Positions 40,465 to 51,463 of a stretch of DNA of 64,000 nucleotides are shown piece by piece. Location: positions 67,048 to 131,047 of the forward strand of contig JAVRCJ020000022.1 of the NCBI GenBank assembly GCA_034530875.2. Direction: 5' to 3'. Origin of the DNA: Nostoc sp. DedSLP01. GTDB taxonomy: Bacteria; Cyanobacteriota; Cyanobacteriia; Cyanobacteriales; Nostocaceae. The notes under the pieces were generated by a model. It saw only the letters and a list, made by a program, of their open reading frames with translations, ran no database searches and was not told where the DNA came from. The position numbers and the translations under genes were made by a program. Position 1 is the first letter of the stretch; every line of letters begins with the position of its first letter.

Positions 40465-41952
40465 CTAAGCAGGAGTATTGTTTGCTAAATATTCTTCTGC
40501 TTCTTTTTCAATTGCCGTACCTTTAAAGAAGTCACGATTCAGACTTGTATACAATTCCAAAGGATGAATAGAAAGGAAGTATCGCAAGTCTTCTTCGCTG
40601 AGAATACCGCGTTCTACCATGCTGTAAGCGTTGGAGGTAACAGCTGTAATGTCAGGTACATCCCAGTGACCAGAATCAGAACCCAAGAAAGCTTTGACTC
40701 TATCTCCGTAAGGATTGGCTTTTTGGTGGAAGGCATAAGCTACACGGGTATCGTCTGATTCTGTACCAAAGTAGAAGTGCTTGAGGAAGCGATCGCGCAC
40801 ATCTTCAGCTTTGGTAATTCCTGCGGCTGCAAATTCATTCAAGTCGCCAGGATCTTCAGGTGCGAAGTATTTGCCGTGGAAGCCTAAACCGCTACCAATT
40901 TCATCAAAGCGATCGCGCAATTCTTTGTCACCATAACGAACGAACAATTCCCGCAATTCTTCCCGATTCACATTTCCAGGATGATTGTTCTGTAAAATCT
41001 CTGGGTTACGAGTTTCCCAATGCCAGATCAAATCTGTATAGAGACTAGCACCCCAAGCCGAACCACCTTCTAGAAAAGCAAATCTCAAAGTCGGGAAGCG
41101 ATTAGTAACGCCACCAAAGAACAATGCTTTACAGAAAGCCTCCGCAGCCGAAGCAAAGTGTCCGATGTGATTGTATTGATAGTTAGAAATCGAACGGCGC
41201 GATGTCCAACCCATACCAGAAGCATGGGTAGTGGGGACAACTTTTAATTCTACGCACTTAGCCCAGAAAGGATCGTAATCGTAGGCGCTATCTAAAGCAA
41301 AGTTATCGATCCAAGTTGCTTCTCGTTGCACTTCTTCGGGATATTTCTCGAAGCCAGGAATGACGCGAGTCACATAACCAGGAATTTGAATTGCTTTCAA
41401 TCCTAATTCTTTGACTGCATATTCCAATTCTTCGATTCCCTCCTCTGGTGTGTGGAGAGGAATAGTAGCGATGGGAGTTAAGCGATCGGAGTATGCCCGG
41501 AATATATCTGCATGGTAGAGGTTGGCTGCACGACAAACCGCCCGACGCATTTCTTCATTTTTGATTTGCGGTGCTAGGGTCGCTAAGTTGGGATATAGTA
41601 CGGCAAAATCTGTCCCAGCTTCTTGCAAACGTTCGTGCAGCAACTTCGGCAAGCTAACAGTCGCCAAGTTTAAAGTATCCTTGGTCGGACGACCCCAAAA
41701 TGGAGGTCTAGCTGTCCGGTAAGTATGACGTTCTTCCCAAGTTTGCTGGAACCAACGATAGCGACCAGCACCGGGTAAATGTTCGCGGAAGCTATCAGCA
41801 ATTTTCGCACCACCTACTTGAGCTAGATAATCAAGAAAAGCCGGTTCAAATTCCTGGGTATGGACATCAGTATCAATGATGGGATAACCTAGCTGTTCCC
41901 GAATCTGTGCAGAACGAGACTTTTTCGTAGGACGTTCAAGTGCAATTGTCAT
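40465..41952 (-). CDS. Amidohydrolase_2-superfamily metalloenzyme, function unknown
   Basis: PIIDTDVH, YDPFWAKCVEL..PTTH, FAFLEGG, GSDSGHWD. Confidence 0.8.
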   Translation of the reverse strand: MTIALERPTKKSRSAQIREQLGYPIIDTDVHTQEFEPAFLDYLAQVGGAKIADSFREHLPGAGRYRWFQQTWEERHTYRTARPPFWGRPTKDTLNLATVSLPKLLHERLQEAGTDFAVLYPNLATLAPQIKNEEMRRAVCRAANLYHADIFRAYSDRLTPIATIPLHTPEEGIEELEYAVKELGLKAIQIPGYVTRVIPGFEKYPEEVQREATWIDNFALDSAYDYDPFWAKCVELKVVPTTHASGMGWTSRRSISNYQYNHIGHFASAAEAFCKALFFGGVTNRFPTLRFAFLEGGSAWGASLYTDLIWHWETRNPEILQNNHPGNVNREELRELFVRYGDKELRDRFDEIGSGLGFHGKYFAPEDPGDLNEFAAAGITKAEDVRDRFLKHFYFGTESDDTRVAYAFHQKANPYGDRVKAFLGSDSGHWDVPDITAVTSNAYSMVERGILSEEDLRYFLSIHPLELYTSLNRDFFKGTAIEKEAEEYLANNTPA

Positions 41953-42122
41953 AATTACGTCTCCATATTTAATATGACTCGTTGATTTTCACAAGCCGTC
42001 AACCACAACCAAGCAAAAATCAAGACTCAAAACCCGATATCAACCAGAGTTGTATTACTGTCTTCGCGTTGATTATCTAAACTGGTTGTTCTATCTATGT
42101 AGTACTGATGTCAGACATAAAA

Positions 42123-42148
42123 TACTTTTTATCTACCGAGTTAACGTA
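42123..42148. promoter_or_regulatory. Putative sulfur-regulon operator box
   Basis: TACTTTTT-atctaccgag-TTAACGTA-GATT. Confidence 0.6.
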
Positions 42149-42602
42149 GATTAACTTAGTATTATTGCATAGCCCTAGTAACTGCACAACCACTCAGGAA
42201 ACAAAAATATATGTATTCCAAACTTTAAGTTTTTCTAAAATTTAGTTAAACTAAGTAATTATCTGAGTATTGGCGTGGCAAGACTAAAATCTTGCAATAA
42301 AATTTCTTGTAGGGTGGGCTTTTAGGCCGCCCCGGACGGGCAAAACGCCCTGATTTGGAAACTTCCAAATCTATACCCAAAGTATTCTTGTCAGACTATG
42401 TTAAGCGTGCTAACTTTATGGGTATCTAAATTTAAGCCTTTCTAATATTGCTGCAATAACTTGGTGAGAAAGTATAGAACTCGTTTCTTTTTCCCTCTTC
42501 CCTCTCTCTACGAGCGATCTACAAATCAAATCACATTTTTATACCACAATCAGTCAACTTTTCATCCAAAACTTGGCTTAGGTTACCCCACAGAAAATAG
42601 CA

Positions 42603-43910
42603 ATGCAACAAAGTAAGAAACACAGCTCCGAAGCAGGCAAACTATTGTTTACTTCTTTGCATCTCCCGCCTGCTCTAAAATCTCCTAATGTTTGTTGTTT
42701 TGTAATTGGAGAGAGCGTATCTTTTTTTGGTACTTGGATGACTCAAATCGCCCTAGTATGGATGGTTTATCAAATTACTAATTCAGCCATGTTAGTTGGC
42801 GTAGTTGGATTTACCAATCAATTTATGGGGTTGATTATCACGCCATTAGTAGGTGTATTGCTCGATCGCTGGAATTTACGTTATGTATTATTAACCACTC
42901 AGGTAGTATCTATTTTGTTATCTGGTACTCTTACCTTTCTCACCATTAACGGTCAACTCAGCGTTATCTCGATTATTATCATCGGTATCATGCAAGGGAC
43001 TGTCAAAGCCTTTGATTTACCAGCACGTCTAGTCAGCATTCCTAGACTTGTGGACAATAAAGTAGATACTTATAGTGCTATTGCTATTCATTCATTCTTA
43101 CTAAATACAGCTAAATTTGTCAGTCCCATGATAGGAGGGTTAATACTGGCTAGATTCGGAGCAGCTTCATGCTTTTTAGTAGATAGCATCAGTTATATAC
43201 CCTTTATTTCTGCAATATTAACTACTCAAATTAAAACAGTTCCGAATAAGTCTTCAGTTCAAAAAACAAACATTATACAAAACTTAAAAGAGGGCTTTGC
43301 TTTCGCATATAATTTTGTGCCCATCAGGTATGTTTTGATTTTACAAGTTATGATTTGTTTTATGGTCATGACCCATGTTAATCTCATGCCTATTTTTGTC
43401 AAAGAAATCTTAAATGGTAATGCCGAAACTCTGGGCTTTTTAATGACAGCTTCTGCCCTTGGTTCCATAGTTGCTGGACTTTATCTGATGTTAAGGAAGC
43501 AAGTCACAGGATTAGTACAATTAATAGCGTGTTCTACCACAATTCTCGGTTTAGGATTAATACTTTTTTCTCGCACTCAAAAATTAGAGATTTGCCTAAT
43601 ATTAATTTGCCTTGTCGGCATGACCAATACTCTTACACTGGCAGCTATTAGTAACTTTGTACAAGTAATTCTTGTTGATGAAACTAAGCGAGGTAGAGTC
43701 ACAAGTATATTAACAACAGGCTTCTTAGGAATATTACCTTTTGGTAATTTATTTTTTGGAGGATTAGCAAGCAGACTTGGAGTTGAAAACGCTTTGTTGT
43801 TTGGTGGTATTTCTTGTTTGATAGGAGGAATAATTTTTGCCAAACAATTACCCAGTATCAGAAGAATAATATTCCCGATATATGTAGAGATGAATTTAAT
43901 TAAACAGTAA
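42603..43910 (+). CDS. MFS transporter
   Basis: About 12 hydrophobic segments; GVLLDRWN motif A; GTWMTQIALVW. Confidence 0.9.
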   Translation: MQQSKKHSSEAGKLLFTSLHLPPALKSPNVCCFVIGESVSFFGTWMTQIALVWMVYQITNSAMLVGVVGFTNQFMGLIITPLVGVLLDRWNLRYVLLTTQVVSILLSGTLTFLTINGQLSVISIIIIGIMQGTVKAFDLPARLVSIPRLVDNKVDTYSAIAIHSFLLNTAKFVSPMIGGLILARFGAASCFLVDSISYIPFISAILTTQIKTVPNKSSVQKTNIIQNLKEGFAFAYNFVPIRYVLILQVMICFMVMTHVNLMPIFVKEILNGNAETLGFLMTASALGSIVAGLYLMLRKQVTGLVQLIACSTTILGLGLILFSRTQKLEICLILICLVGMTNTLTLAAISNFVQVILVDETKRGRVTSILTTGFLGILPFGNLFFGGLASRLGVENALLFGGISCLIGGIIFAKQLPSIRRIIFPIYVEMNLIKQ

Positions 43911-44174
43911 ATAAACAACTTGTAGAGACGCGATTTATCGCGTCTTCAGCCGAATATATATCACACTTGAATAACAAAAGTCATCCAAAAATGACTAAAT
44001 AAAAGTTTTTTAGTCAGCTTAAGATGACTTTTACTGTTAGCCTTCAGCTTTACTTCAAGGCAGTTGATAAAGCAAATAGTGAAGCTATTTCTAAGTTAAA
44101 TTCTCACCAATGGCAAAACGCCTATCCTACAAAAAACTCTAATTTATTACTTTAGAGGGATCGCGCGACTATAT

Positions 44175-44289
44175 TATAGGACTCATATTTGATTTCTGAA
44201 AAAAAATACTACACCCAAACAAGACTTCTTTCCCAGTCCCTACTCCCTGTCTACGCAAATAATTTCATGAATCAAGTCAAATTCCTATA
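44175..44289. mobile_element. MITE-like element, copy without the 28-nt insert
   Basis: TATAGGACTCATATTTGATT ... AATCAAGTCAAATTCCTATA. Confidence 0.7.
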
Positions 44290-45057
44290 TTAATGGCTCA
44301 TTTGCAATAATTGATTTGTATGAGTACCTTCATAGCTCATAACTTTTTCTAGTACTGCTTCTCTAATACTCACAAATACTTCACTTGCTCTGTCTCGCGG
44401 ACGAGGCAATCTTACAGGTACATCTAGCGCAACCCGTCCGCCTTCAATTACTATCACTCTATCTGCCAAAGTTACAGCTTCATCTACATCATGAGTAACT
44501 AAAAATGCTGTAAAACCTCGCTGCCGCCACAACTCTTCGATTAACTGTTGCATTTCTAGGCGAGTTAATGCATCCAACGCTCCTAAAGGCTCATCTAATA
44601 GTAATAGTTGTGGCTGGCTGACTAATGCTCTAGCCAATGCTACCCGTTGCCTTTGTCCTCCAGATAACACATAAGGCCATTCATCAGCTCTATCTTTTAA
44701 TCCAACTTGTTCTAATACCCATAAAGCTTTTGTACGCCAATTATCTTGCAAACCCAGACCCACATTATCAATCACACTTTTCCAGGGTAATAAACGAGGG
44801 TCTTGAAACATTACCCTTACAGAATGGCTTAGCTTACGCAGTGGTTCTCCATCTAATAGTATGCCGCCAGCTGTGGGTTTATCTAAGCCGGATACGAGAC
44901 GTAGTAAAGTACTTTTACCGCAACCACTACGGCCGACAATAGCGATAAATTCTCCTGCTGCTACTTCTAGATCTAAGGACTTTAAGACAGTTTGATTACC
45001 AAAAGACTTTGTTAAATCCAAAATTTGGAGTTGCGAACCTTGTACATTTTTAACCAT
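44290..45057 (-). CDS. ssuB: Sulfonate ABC transporter ATP-binding protein
   Basis: [40 protein letters not shown]. Confidence 0.93.
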   Translation of the reverse strand: MVKNVQGSQLQILDLTKSFGNQTVLKSLDLEVAAGEFIAIVGRSGCGKSTLLRLVSGLDKPTAGGILLDGEPLRKLSHSVRVMFQDPRLLPWKSVIDNVGLGLQDNWRTKALWVLEQVGLKDRADEWPYVLSGGQRQRVALARALVSQPQLLLLDEPLGALDALTRLEMQQLIEELWRQRGFTAFLVTHDVDEAVTLADRVIVIEGGRVALDVPVRLPRPRDRASEVFVSIREAVLEKVMSYEGTHTNQLLQMSH

Positions 45058-45150
45058 CGTAATTCTCCTTTACTCAGCAAACTTTGTCGATGAAATTATA
45101 AATTAAAAATGTCAAAAATTAAACAGATGTTTAACTTTTGACCTGAAATT

Positions 45151-45978
45151 CTAACCGGCAGATTTGTAATTTGGATTCCATGCTAAGAATTTATTTTCTA
45201 GCCCCTTGGCGATGGAATTAGCTAGTTTACCTAGCAGCGCATAGATGACAATACTTAAAACCACAACATCTGTTTGCATAAATTCACGAGCATTCATTGC
45301 CATGTAACCAATGCCGGAATCTGCTGCAATTTGTTCGGCTACAATTAAGGATAGCCACATAATACCCAAGGAAAAACGAACACCGATTAAAATTGAAGAT
45401 AAAGCTCCTGGAAAAACTATTTGCCACAAAAGCTGCGGTGTTTTTAAGCCATAGACTCTGCCCATTTCAATTAGACCAGGATCTACGCTCCGAATTCCAT
45501 GATAGGTATTAAGGTAAATTGGGAAAAATACCCCTATGGAAACTAGAAATAATCTCGCTTGATCGCCAATTCCAAACCATAAAATTACTAGGGGAATTAA
45601 CGCTAAGTTGGGAATAGTGCGTAGCATTTGTAAGGAACTATCTAGCAGCTGTTCTCCAAGGCGAGAAAATCCAGTTATTAATCCCAAAATAAAGCCAATT
45701 CCACCACCAACAATAAAACCAGATATAGCGCGTGCGGCGCTAATTCCCATGTGCTGGAAAAGCTCTCCAGTTGAAGCTAACTTAAATGCAGTAAAAACTA
45801 CGTTACTGGGTGCTGGTAAAATTCTGCTGGAAAGTAAGCCAGTTCTAGATGAGATTTCCCACAAACACAGCACTACAAAAGGTACTACCCAAGGGATGAT
45901 TTTATCAGAGTATTTGTTGTTGAATAGTACTTCTAGCGATTTGACGCTATTTTTAGTATTTTTCAAACTAATAGTCAT
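45151..45978 (-). CDS. ssuC: Sulfonate ABC transporter permease
   Basis: ILPAPS, LALIPLVILWFGI, SGIGYMAMNAREFMQTD. Confidence 0.93.
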   Translation of the reverse strand: MTISLKNTKNSVKSLEVLFNNKYSDKIIPWVVPFVVLCLWEISSRTGLLSSRILPAPSNVVFTAFKLASTGELFQHMGISAARAISGFIVGGGIGFILGLITGFSRLGEQLLDSSLQMLRTIPNLALIPLVILWFGIGDQARLFLVSIGVFFPIYLNTYHGIRSVDPGLIEMGRVYGLKTPQLLWQIVFPGALSSILIGVRFSLGIMWLSLIVAEQIAADSGIGYMAMNAREFMQTDVVVLSIVIYALLGKLANSIAKGLENKFLAWNPNYKSAG

Positions 45979-46145
45979 AAGTGACCTGTTGATTGTTTTA
46001 CAAACTTCTTATTGACGTTGTTTATTCAATAAGGCTGAATCCGTCTTGTCTGTTAATGTTGGTTCTACCTAGATAGGTGCATAACTTAGTGGGAAATGAA
46101 CTAAAAAAAGGTTGCTTTGCCGCTTAAGTATTTATTCTTTTAAAC

Positions 46146-46171
46146 TACTAAATACCTAGCGAATTGCCGTA
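46146..46171. promoter_or_regulatory. Putative sulfur-regulon operator box upstream of ssuCB
   Basis: AAAC-TACTAAAT-acctagcgaa-TTGCCGTA-GATT; minus-strand TAGAAT (-10) about 11 nt upstream. Confidence 0.7.
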
Positions 46172-46274
46172 GATTAAGGATATTCTACACGATATTAGGT
46201 AAAAAGCAACTCCAAAAAAATACTGACTAGGAAATTTTCAGCTTTGCTTATAGATTTTTCCCATGAGTTATTAG

Positions 46275-47996
46275 CTAGAAAGTAAAGGTAGTACGGATGC
46301 TACCTACCCAAATTGCATCGTTAGCATCATTATGTTCGGGGTTGGTAATTACAAACAAACTAGGGATAATTCTGATGTTGTTATTTACCCCGTAGGAATA
46401 AAAAGTCTCTAAATGTAAAGAAGTGCCTCGGTCTTCAAAAACGGAGGCGGTGGGGGTAGGGCGATAATCATTGCTAGTTACTTTCGGTGGTACGCCGATG
46501 ATAATTCCACCTAAATTGCCTTCTTTGAATAAGTCTGGAAAGGCGAAAGTGAGGGCGCCATTGATGATAGTTGCATCGTTATCACCATTATCTAATTGAT
46601 TCGCTAAAGTGTAACCAAACCAACCGCCTAAATGAAAGCGACGACTTAGCCGCCAGTTAAATTGCAGTCCAAAGTTATCAGTAGTAGTGGCATTTTGTCC
46701 AAATGGATTTCTCGCAAAGGCGCTACCTGTTCCACCAGTAAGGTTAAAACCAGTTCCAGTACCAAAGTATTTACGGGCGTAAGTAAGACCGACATCTAGT
46801 TGAGAACTAGGTGTTATGGTTAATTGGCCTAGTACAAGATTGTTGGCGTTGAAAAATCCATTCCCTTCGCTGGGATTATTGGCTTGACCATCAGAACTTA
46901 TGAAACCTGCGTTGAATTGCAATTGCTTGTTGAATTTGTAGGCAAAAGCTACACCAGCACCATCAAAACCAGGACGGTAGATAGTAGGGTTGAATGCTGA
47001 AAAGCGTGAAGCAGCACCATTTAGTCCACCAATTGATGAGTTTATAGTTGGTGCAAATATAGCTGGTTGTAAGGCTCTAGTTCCTACCCAAACAGTCAGA
47101 TTTTTGCCTACTGGAAAACGATATGTCAATTGGCTTAAATATACTGAATCTCTACCATCGGTATCAAAGGTGAAACGGGTCATTGCAGTTCCCGTTGTAC
47201 TGGTAAAGTTAGGGATCGTGTTATATGCCAAGTTTGTTGTGAGTTGATCTCTACCAGTAAAGCTAGTTTGAAAAGAAAATCTAGTGCGGTATGCAAGAAC
47301 GGTATTAGTGTTATCTTCGGTGTCATTGGCTGGGGTATTATTGACGCGATCGCCAAATGTATCAGCTACTATAAATGTCGCATCACCAACCAATTTACTA
47401 GTTGTAGAAAACTGATTCGCTTCCACCTCAGAAACACGCGCTTCCAAGCTATCCACCCTACCCCGCAACTCTGCTAGTTCCGGTGCAAATTGTTCTTGCA
47501 GTTTTTGCAAAGTAGCTAAATCTTCTTTACGTACCAAATCTGCCGTACTAGTAGCAATCAGTTCGTTAAGTCGGTCTAAAGCAGCATTTAAGCCAGCCGC
47601 AAATTCATAACGTGTTAAAGCACGATTACCTTTAAATGTGCTATCTGGATAGCCCGCAATTACACCGTAGCGTTCAACTAAAGACTGTAAAGCTTGAAAA
47701 GCCCAATCTGTAGGCTGAACATCAGATAGCTGAGAAACAGATGTAACTTGTTTTAGAGAATCGTTTTGATTTGTTGAAGTCTGTTGAGAAATTAAACTTC
47801 CTTTTTGGTTGAGTAAAGAATCTGTCTTTTTGATGATTTCTGCATTGCCAATTTGATTAGACTCAGCTTGAGTACTTAGAGCCGAAATCGTTTGAGTTTT
47901 TGGCGTTTCAGAAGCAAATCCGGCCGAAGAGAGGAGCAAAAGTACGTTGAAAAAGGCCGGAATAACTAGCGCGTAATTCCACAAAGCGTTAAACAT
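46275..47996 (-). CDS. Cyanobacterial SLH-domain/OprB-type outer-membrane porin
   Basis: VTSVSQLSDVQPTDWAFQALQSLVERYG, TRYEFAAGL, FSTTSKL, C-terminal RTTFTF. Confidence 0.93.
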   Translation of the reverse strand: MFNALWNYALVIPAFFNVLLLLSSAGFASETPKTQTISALSTQAESNQIGNAEIIKKTDSLLNQKGSLISQQTSTNQNDSLKQVTSVSQLSDVQPTDWAFQALQSLVERYGVIAGYPDSTFKGNRALTRYEFAAGLNAALDRLNELIATSTADLVRKEDLATLQKLQEQFAPELAELRGRVDSLEARVSEVEANQFSTTSKLVGDATFIVADTFGDRVNNTPANDTEDNTNTVLAYRTRFSFQTSFTGRDQLTTNLAYNTIPNFTSTTGTAMTRFTFDTDGRDSVYLSQLTYRFPVGKNLTVWVGTRALQPAIFAPTINSSIGGLNGAASRFSAFNPTIYRPGFDGAGVAFAYKFNKQLQFNAGFISSDGQANNPSEGNGFFNANNLVLGQLTITPSSQLDVGLTYARKYFGTGTGFNLTGGTGSAFARNPFGQNATTTDNFGLQFNWRLSRRFHLGGWFGYTLANQLDNGDNDATIINGALTFAFPDLFKEGNLGGIIIGVPPKVTSNDYRPTPTASVFEDRGTSLHLETFYSYGVNNNIRIIPSLFVITNPEHNDANDAIWVGSIRTTFTF

Positions 47997-48243
47997 TAGT
48001 TGTTGGATATGCACAGAAAGTCAACAAATCTTTAATTGCTAGCACCACACAGAATTTTTCATCCAGATTACACATCCTGAATTGAGAACAAGTATTTTCT
48101 GGATAGATTGCTTTACAGAAGTCTTTTAATAAACAGCTTTTGGTAAAGACTAAATGGTATTCAAGATTACAAATGCAAGAGTGGCGAAGGTTGGGGTGCT
48201 CTCTTGAAAAGAAAGAATTTGAATTAGCCTGATTTGTGGGTGT

Positions 48244-48287
48244 TAGCAAAACTACTAAAAACTTATCGGGTTTTAGTAGTTTTGCTA
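48244..48287. promoter_or_regulatory. 17-bp perfect inverted repeat whose core fits the operator spacing, upstream of the porin
   Basis: TAGCAAAAC-TACTAAAA-acttatcggg-TTTTAGTA-GTTTTGCTA. Confidence 0.6.
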
Positions 48288-48426
48288 CTAACTTTGGATA
48301 TTTGCATAAAATAACAAAAAAAACAAGTGTCTTAAGACACACTTTTATAAAAAAGTATTAGCAAACTTGTGTTAAGGAGTACTTGCATTTTTCTTGTAAG
48401 TGTGGAAAACTCTGTTAAGAGTAAAC

Positions 48427-48452
48427 TACGGTAAATACGTCAATTTTTAGGA
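48427..48452. promoter_or_regulatory. Putative sulfur-regulon operator box
   Basis: AAAC-TACGGTAA-atacgtcaat-TTTTAGGA-GTTT. Confidence 0.7.
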
Positions 48453-48754
48453 GTTTGTAACAAGCAAACTACACTATTTCATTTACCAACTAACTACTTA
48501 GCCAGACCTAGAGAAAAGTATTGATAGAGAAGAGATTCATCGTTTAACTGGCTGGTGGAATATAGTAGTCAAACGTTCTATCAATGTTCTAATTGCTTCG
48601 CACAAACTGAGTCAGAAAGTCATCATTTTCGTACTACAAGTACTCGCTCAAAGATTTTGTTATACCAACACAAACTAGGGGGATATTCAGGATGGTTTCC
48701 CAATAGCAAATCCCCGGTATCTAAATAGAGATTGGTTCACCAAAAAGCTAACTT

Positions 48755-49576
48755 ATGGTTCAACTTAAAACACTTCCTACCTACGATCCAACATTATTTG
48801 AGGGTGCTGCTGAAGTTTACGCTCAATACAGAACTAAATACCCACCTGCTGTATTCGACAAACTAACAGAAATATTTAATCTCAACGGTCAGGGAAGACT
48901 TTTAGATTTGGGTACAGGGCCGGGTTTAATTGCGATCGGTCTGAGTCCTAAATTTGAGGAAGTAGTGGCAATAGATCCCGATTCAGAGATGCTCAAAGAA
49001 GCGCAACGCCAAGCAGTAGCCATCAAAGCAAACAATATTACTTGGCTAGAACAAGGAGCAGAACTGATTAACCCTAGTTTGGGAGTATTTAAACTAGCTA
49101 CTATTGGTAGAGCCTTTCACTGGATGCAACGCGAACTCGTACTAGAACGCTTGTATGAATTACTTGCAGATGATGGAGCGATCGCACTACTCAATACAGG
49201 CGATAATCCTTGGGAAAGTTCTTTACCTTGGAAACAAGCTGCTATAGAAGTAGTGAAAAAATGGTTAGGTGAAGAAAGGCGAACTGGACAAAGAGGACAA
49301 GGCGTTCGCAAACCAGTCGATCCTCCTCATGAAGTCGTGATTGCCAATTCTAAATTTGCTCGCCAAGAAACGTATGAAGTGCCATTTGAAAAATCTTGGA
49401 CAGTTTCTAGCTATCTTGGCTACTTGTACACTACAGCTTTTTCTCTGAAAATTTTCTACGGCGATAAAGCTGAAGAATTTGAGCAAGATATTAAAAATGC
49501 ATTACTAGCTGTTGAGCCTTCTGGTCACTTTACAGAAGAACTCACAGCAAAAATTCATGTAGTTTGGAAGCGGTAA
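48755..49576 (+). CDS. Class I SAM-dependent methyltransferase
   Basis: LLDLGTGPG, AIDPDSEML, AFHWM. Confidence 0.88.
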   Translation: MVQLKTLPTYDPTLFEGAAEVYAQYRTKYPPAVFDKLTEIFNLNGQGRLLDLGTGPGLIAIGLSPKFEEVVAIDPDSEMLKEAQRQAVAIKANNITWLEQGAELINPSLGVFKLATIGRAFHWMQRELVLERLYELLADDGAIALLNTGDNPWESSLPWKQAAIEVVKKWLGEERRTGQRGQGVRKPVDPPHEVVIANSKFARQETYEVPFEKSWTVSSYLGYLYTTAFSLKIFYGDKAEEFEQDIKNALLAVEPSGHFTEELTAKIHVVWKR

Positions 49577-49590
49577 GAGAGAATTCAGAA

Positions 49591-49614
49591 TGGGCTACGC
49601 CCCGCTACGCTAAC
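49591..49614. repeat. 24-nt small dispersed repeat in a CAGAATT array (copy 2)
   Basis: TGGGCTACGCCCCGCTACGCTAAC. Confidence 0.8.
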
Positions 49615-49778
49615 AGAAGTCAGAATTCAGAATCAATAACTGTTAAGTAATAAACGCTAGTTGCAAAAGAGCAAGAAGGCTTTGGACGAATAACTCTTGG
49701 AAAATACGCAACGCACTAGCTTCTGTCAACAGTCAACCGTCAACAGTCAACTAGGTATAGATTGAGAGAAGAGGGCAG

Positions 49779-51143
49779 ATGAGCAAAAAACGCCAGTTTC
49801 GTTTAGGTGCATTTATTCAAGCTACCGGACATCACATTTCTGCTTGGCGGCATCCAGACGCACAAATAGATGCTGGGTTAAATTTCGAGCATTATAAAGA
49901 AATTACCCAGACTGCTGAACGTGGTTTATTTGATGCTGTGTTTCTGGCGGATAGCCCAGGAGTTTGGGGTGGTACGCCAGAGACTCAAAAACGTAATGGT
50001 AAACTTGTCCATTTCGAGCCAGTCACACTCTTTTCAGCCTTATCTTCTGTCACGAAAAACATTGGCTTTATTGCTACCGCTTCGACTACTTATGAGGAAC
50101 CCTATACCCTGGCTCGTAAGTTCGCTTCATTAGATCATCTCAGTAATGGTCGGGCAGGGTGGAACGTAGTCACCACAGGTAATGAAAATGCCGCAGCTAA
50201 TTTTGGTCTGGAACATCATCCAGAACATAGCCAGCGTTACGAACGTGCTGAAGAGTTTGTAGAGGTAGTGAAAGGGTTGTGGGATAGCTGGGAAGATGAT
50301 GCCTTTATCCGCGACAGAGAATCTGGCATCTATTTCGACCCCAACAAACTGCATATACTCAACCACAACGGCAAGCATTTTTCTGTCAAAGGCCCTTTGA
50401 ATGTTGGTCGTCCGCTTCAAGGTTATCCAGTGATTGTACAAGCTGGAGCCTCGGAAGCTGGACGGGACTTGGCTGCGCGTACTGCTGAAGTCATCTTCAC
50501 AGCCAATCAAACCCTAGCTGATGCCCAAGAATTTTATAGCGACGTTAAGGGTAGACTGGCGAAATATGGACGCTCTCCAGACGATCTTAAAATCATGCCA
50601 GGGGCTTTTCCTGTCATCGGCAGGACTGAAGAAGAAGCTCAAGAAAAGTATGAATTTCTGCAATCATTCATTCATCCCGATGTTGCTTGGGGTATTTTGC
50701 GAAACTATTACAGAGGCGTCGATTTGACAAAATACTCTCTAGACGATTTGGCTCCCGAACTGCCTAACGATACTAACAATAATAAGAGTCGTCTGAAATT
50801 AGTCAGGGATTTGGCTACTCGTGGGACTCTGACGCTACGTCAGTTGTATCTGGCTTTGGCTACTGCAAGAGGTCATCGCACCATAGTTGGTACTCCAGAA
50901 AGTATTGCCGACCAATTAGAAGAATGGTTTAACAATGGCGCAGCAGATGGTTTTAATATCATGCCGCCCATCTTGCCTACAGGGTTAGATGACTTTGTTA
51001 ATTTTGTCGTTCCCATCCTCCAGAAACGGGGATTATTCCGTACTGAATACGAAGGTAGTACCTTGCGTGAAAACTTAGGGTTACGTCGTCCGGCTAATCG
51101 TTTTGCTGCTAAACAACCTGATGAGCAATTGGCTTTGGTGTAA
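49779..51143 (+). CDS. Luciferase-like FMNH2-dependent monooxygenase (NtaA/SnaA/DszA family)
   Basis: AERGLFDAVFLAD, ARKFASLDHLSNGRAGWNVVT, QAGAS, TLRENLGL. Confidence 0.92.
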   Translation: MSKKRQFRLGAFIQATGHHISAWRHPDAQIDAGLNFEHYKEITQTAERGLFDAVFLADSPGVWGGTPETQKRNGKLVHFEPVTLFSALSSVTKNIGFIATASTTYEEPYTLARKFASLDHLSNGRAGWNVVTTGNENAAANFGLEHHPEHSQRYERAEEFVEVVKGLWDSWEDDAFIRDRESGIYFDPNKLHILNHNGKHFSVKGPLNVGRPLQGYPVIVQAGASEAGRDLAARTAEVIFTANQTLADAQEFYSDVKGRLAKYGRSPDDLKIMPGAFPVIGRTEEEAQEKYEFLQSFIHPDVAWGILRNYYRGVDLTKYSLDDLAPELPNDTNNNKSRLKLVRDLATRGTLTLRQLYLALATARGHRTIVGTPESIADQLEEWFNNGAADGFNIMPPILPTGLDDFVNFVVPILQKRGLFRTEYEGSTLRENLGLRRPANRFAAKQPDEQLALV

Positions 51144-51231
51144 GTTATTTTTTTGCCAATGGTTAAGCTATATCTTCTCAAGCGTAGCTTTTGCAGATCC
51201 CCGCCTGGATGCTGCATTTTTTGGAGATGAC

Positions 51232-51342
51232 TATACCAATTTAATTAATGATTGCAACATATTCTGGGGTTAAGTTAAGACGCGATTCATCGCGTCTCTA
51301 TAAATGCTCTATTTGTTGCATTGTTTTTTCAAATTGGTATTA
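51232..51342. mobile_element. MITE-like element with TACCAATTT/AAATTGGTA termini
   Basis: Terminal inverted repeats flanked by TA; internal TGCAACA/TGTTGCA and REP-like palindrome; a lone similar end at ~35481. Confidence 0.6.
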
Positions 51343-51463
51343 CTAATTCGTAATTCGTAATTAATGGTACAAACCTCTCAATATTCCTAATTTCTGCGAC
51401 CCAGACTTGAGTCTTGGGCTAACAATTACGAATTATTTTGTTTTGTTTTTACAGGAAAAAACC

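Noticed and set aside
5131..42066. Shared 13-mer ATTACTGTCTTCG at 5131 and 42054, both upstream of minus-strand genes, as a conserved RNA motif
   Set aside because: Roughly one such match is expected by chance in this much intergenic DNA and the flanks do not align; it would need covariance analysis to revive
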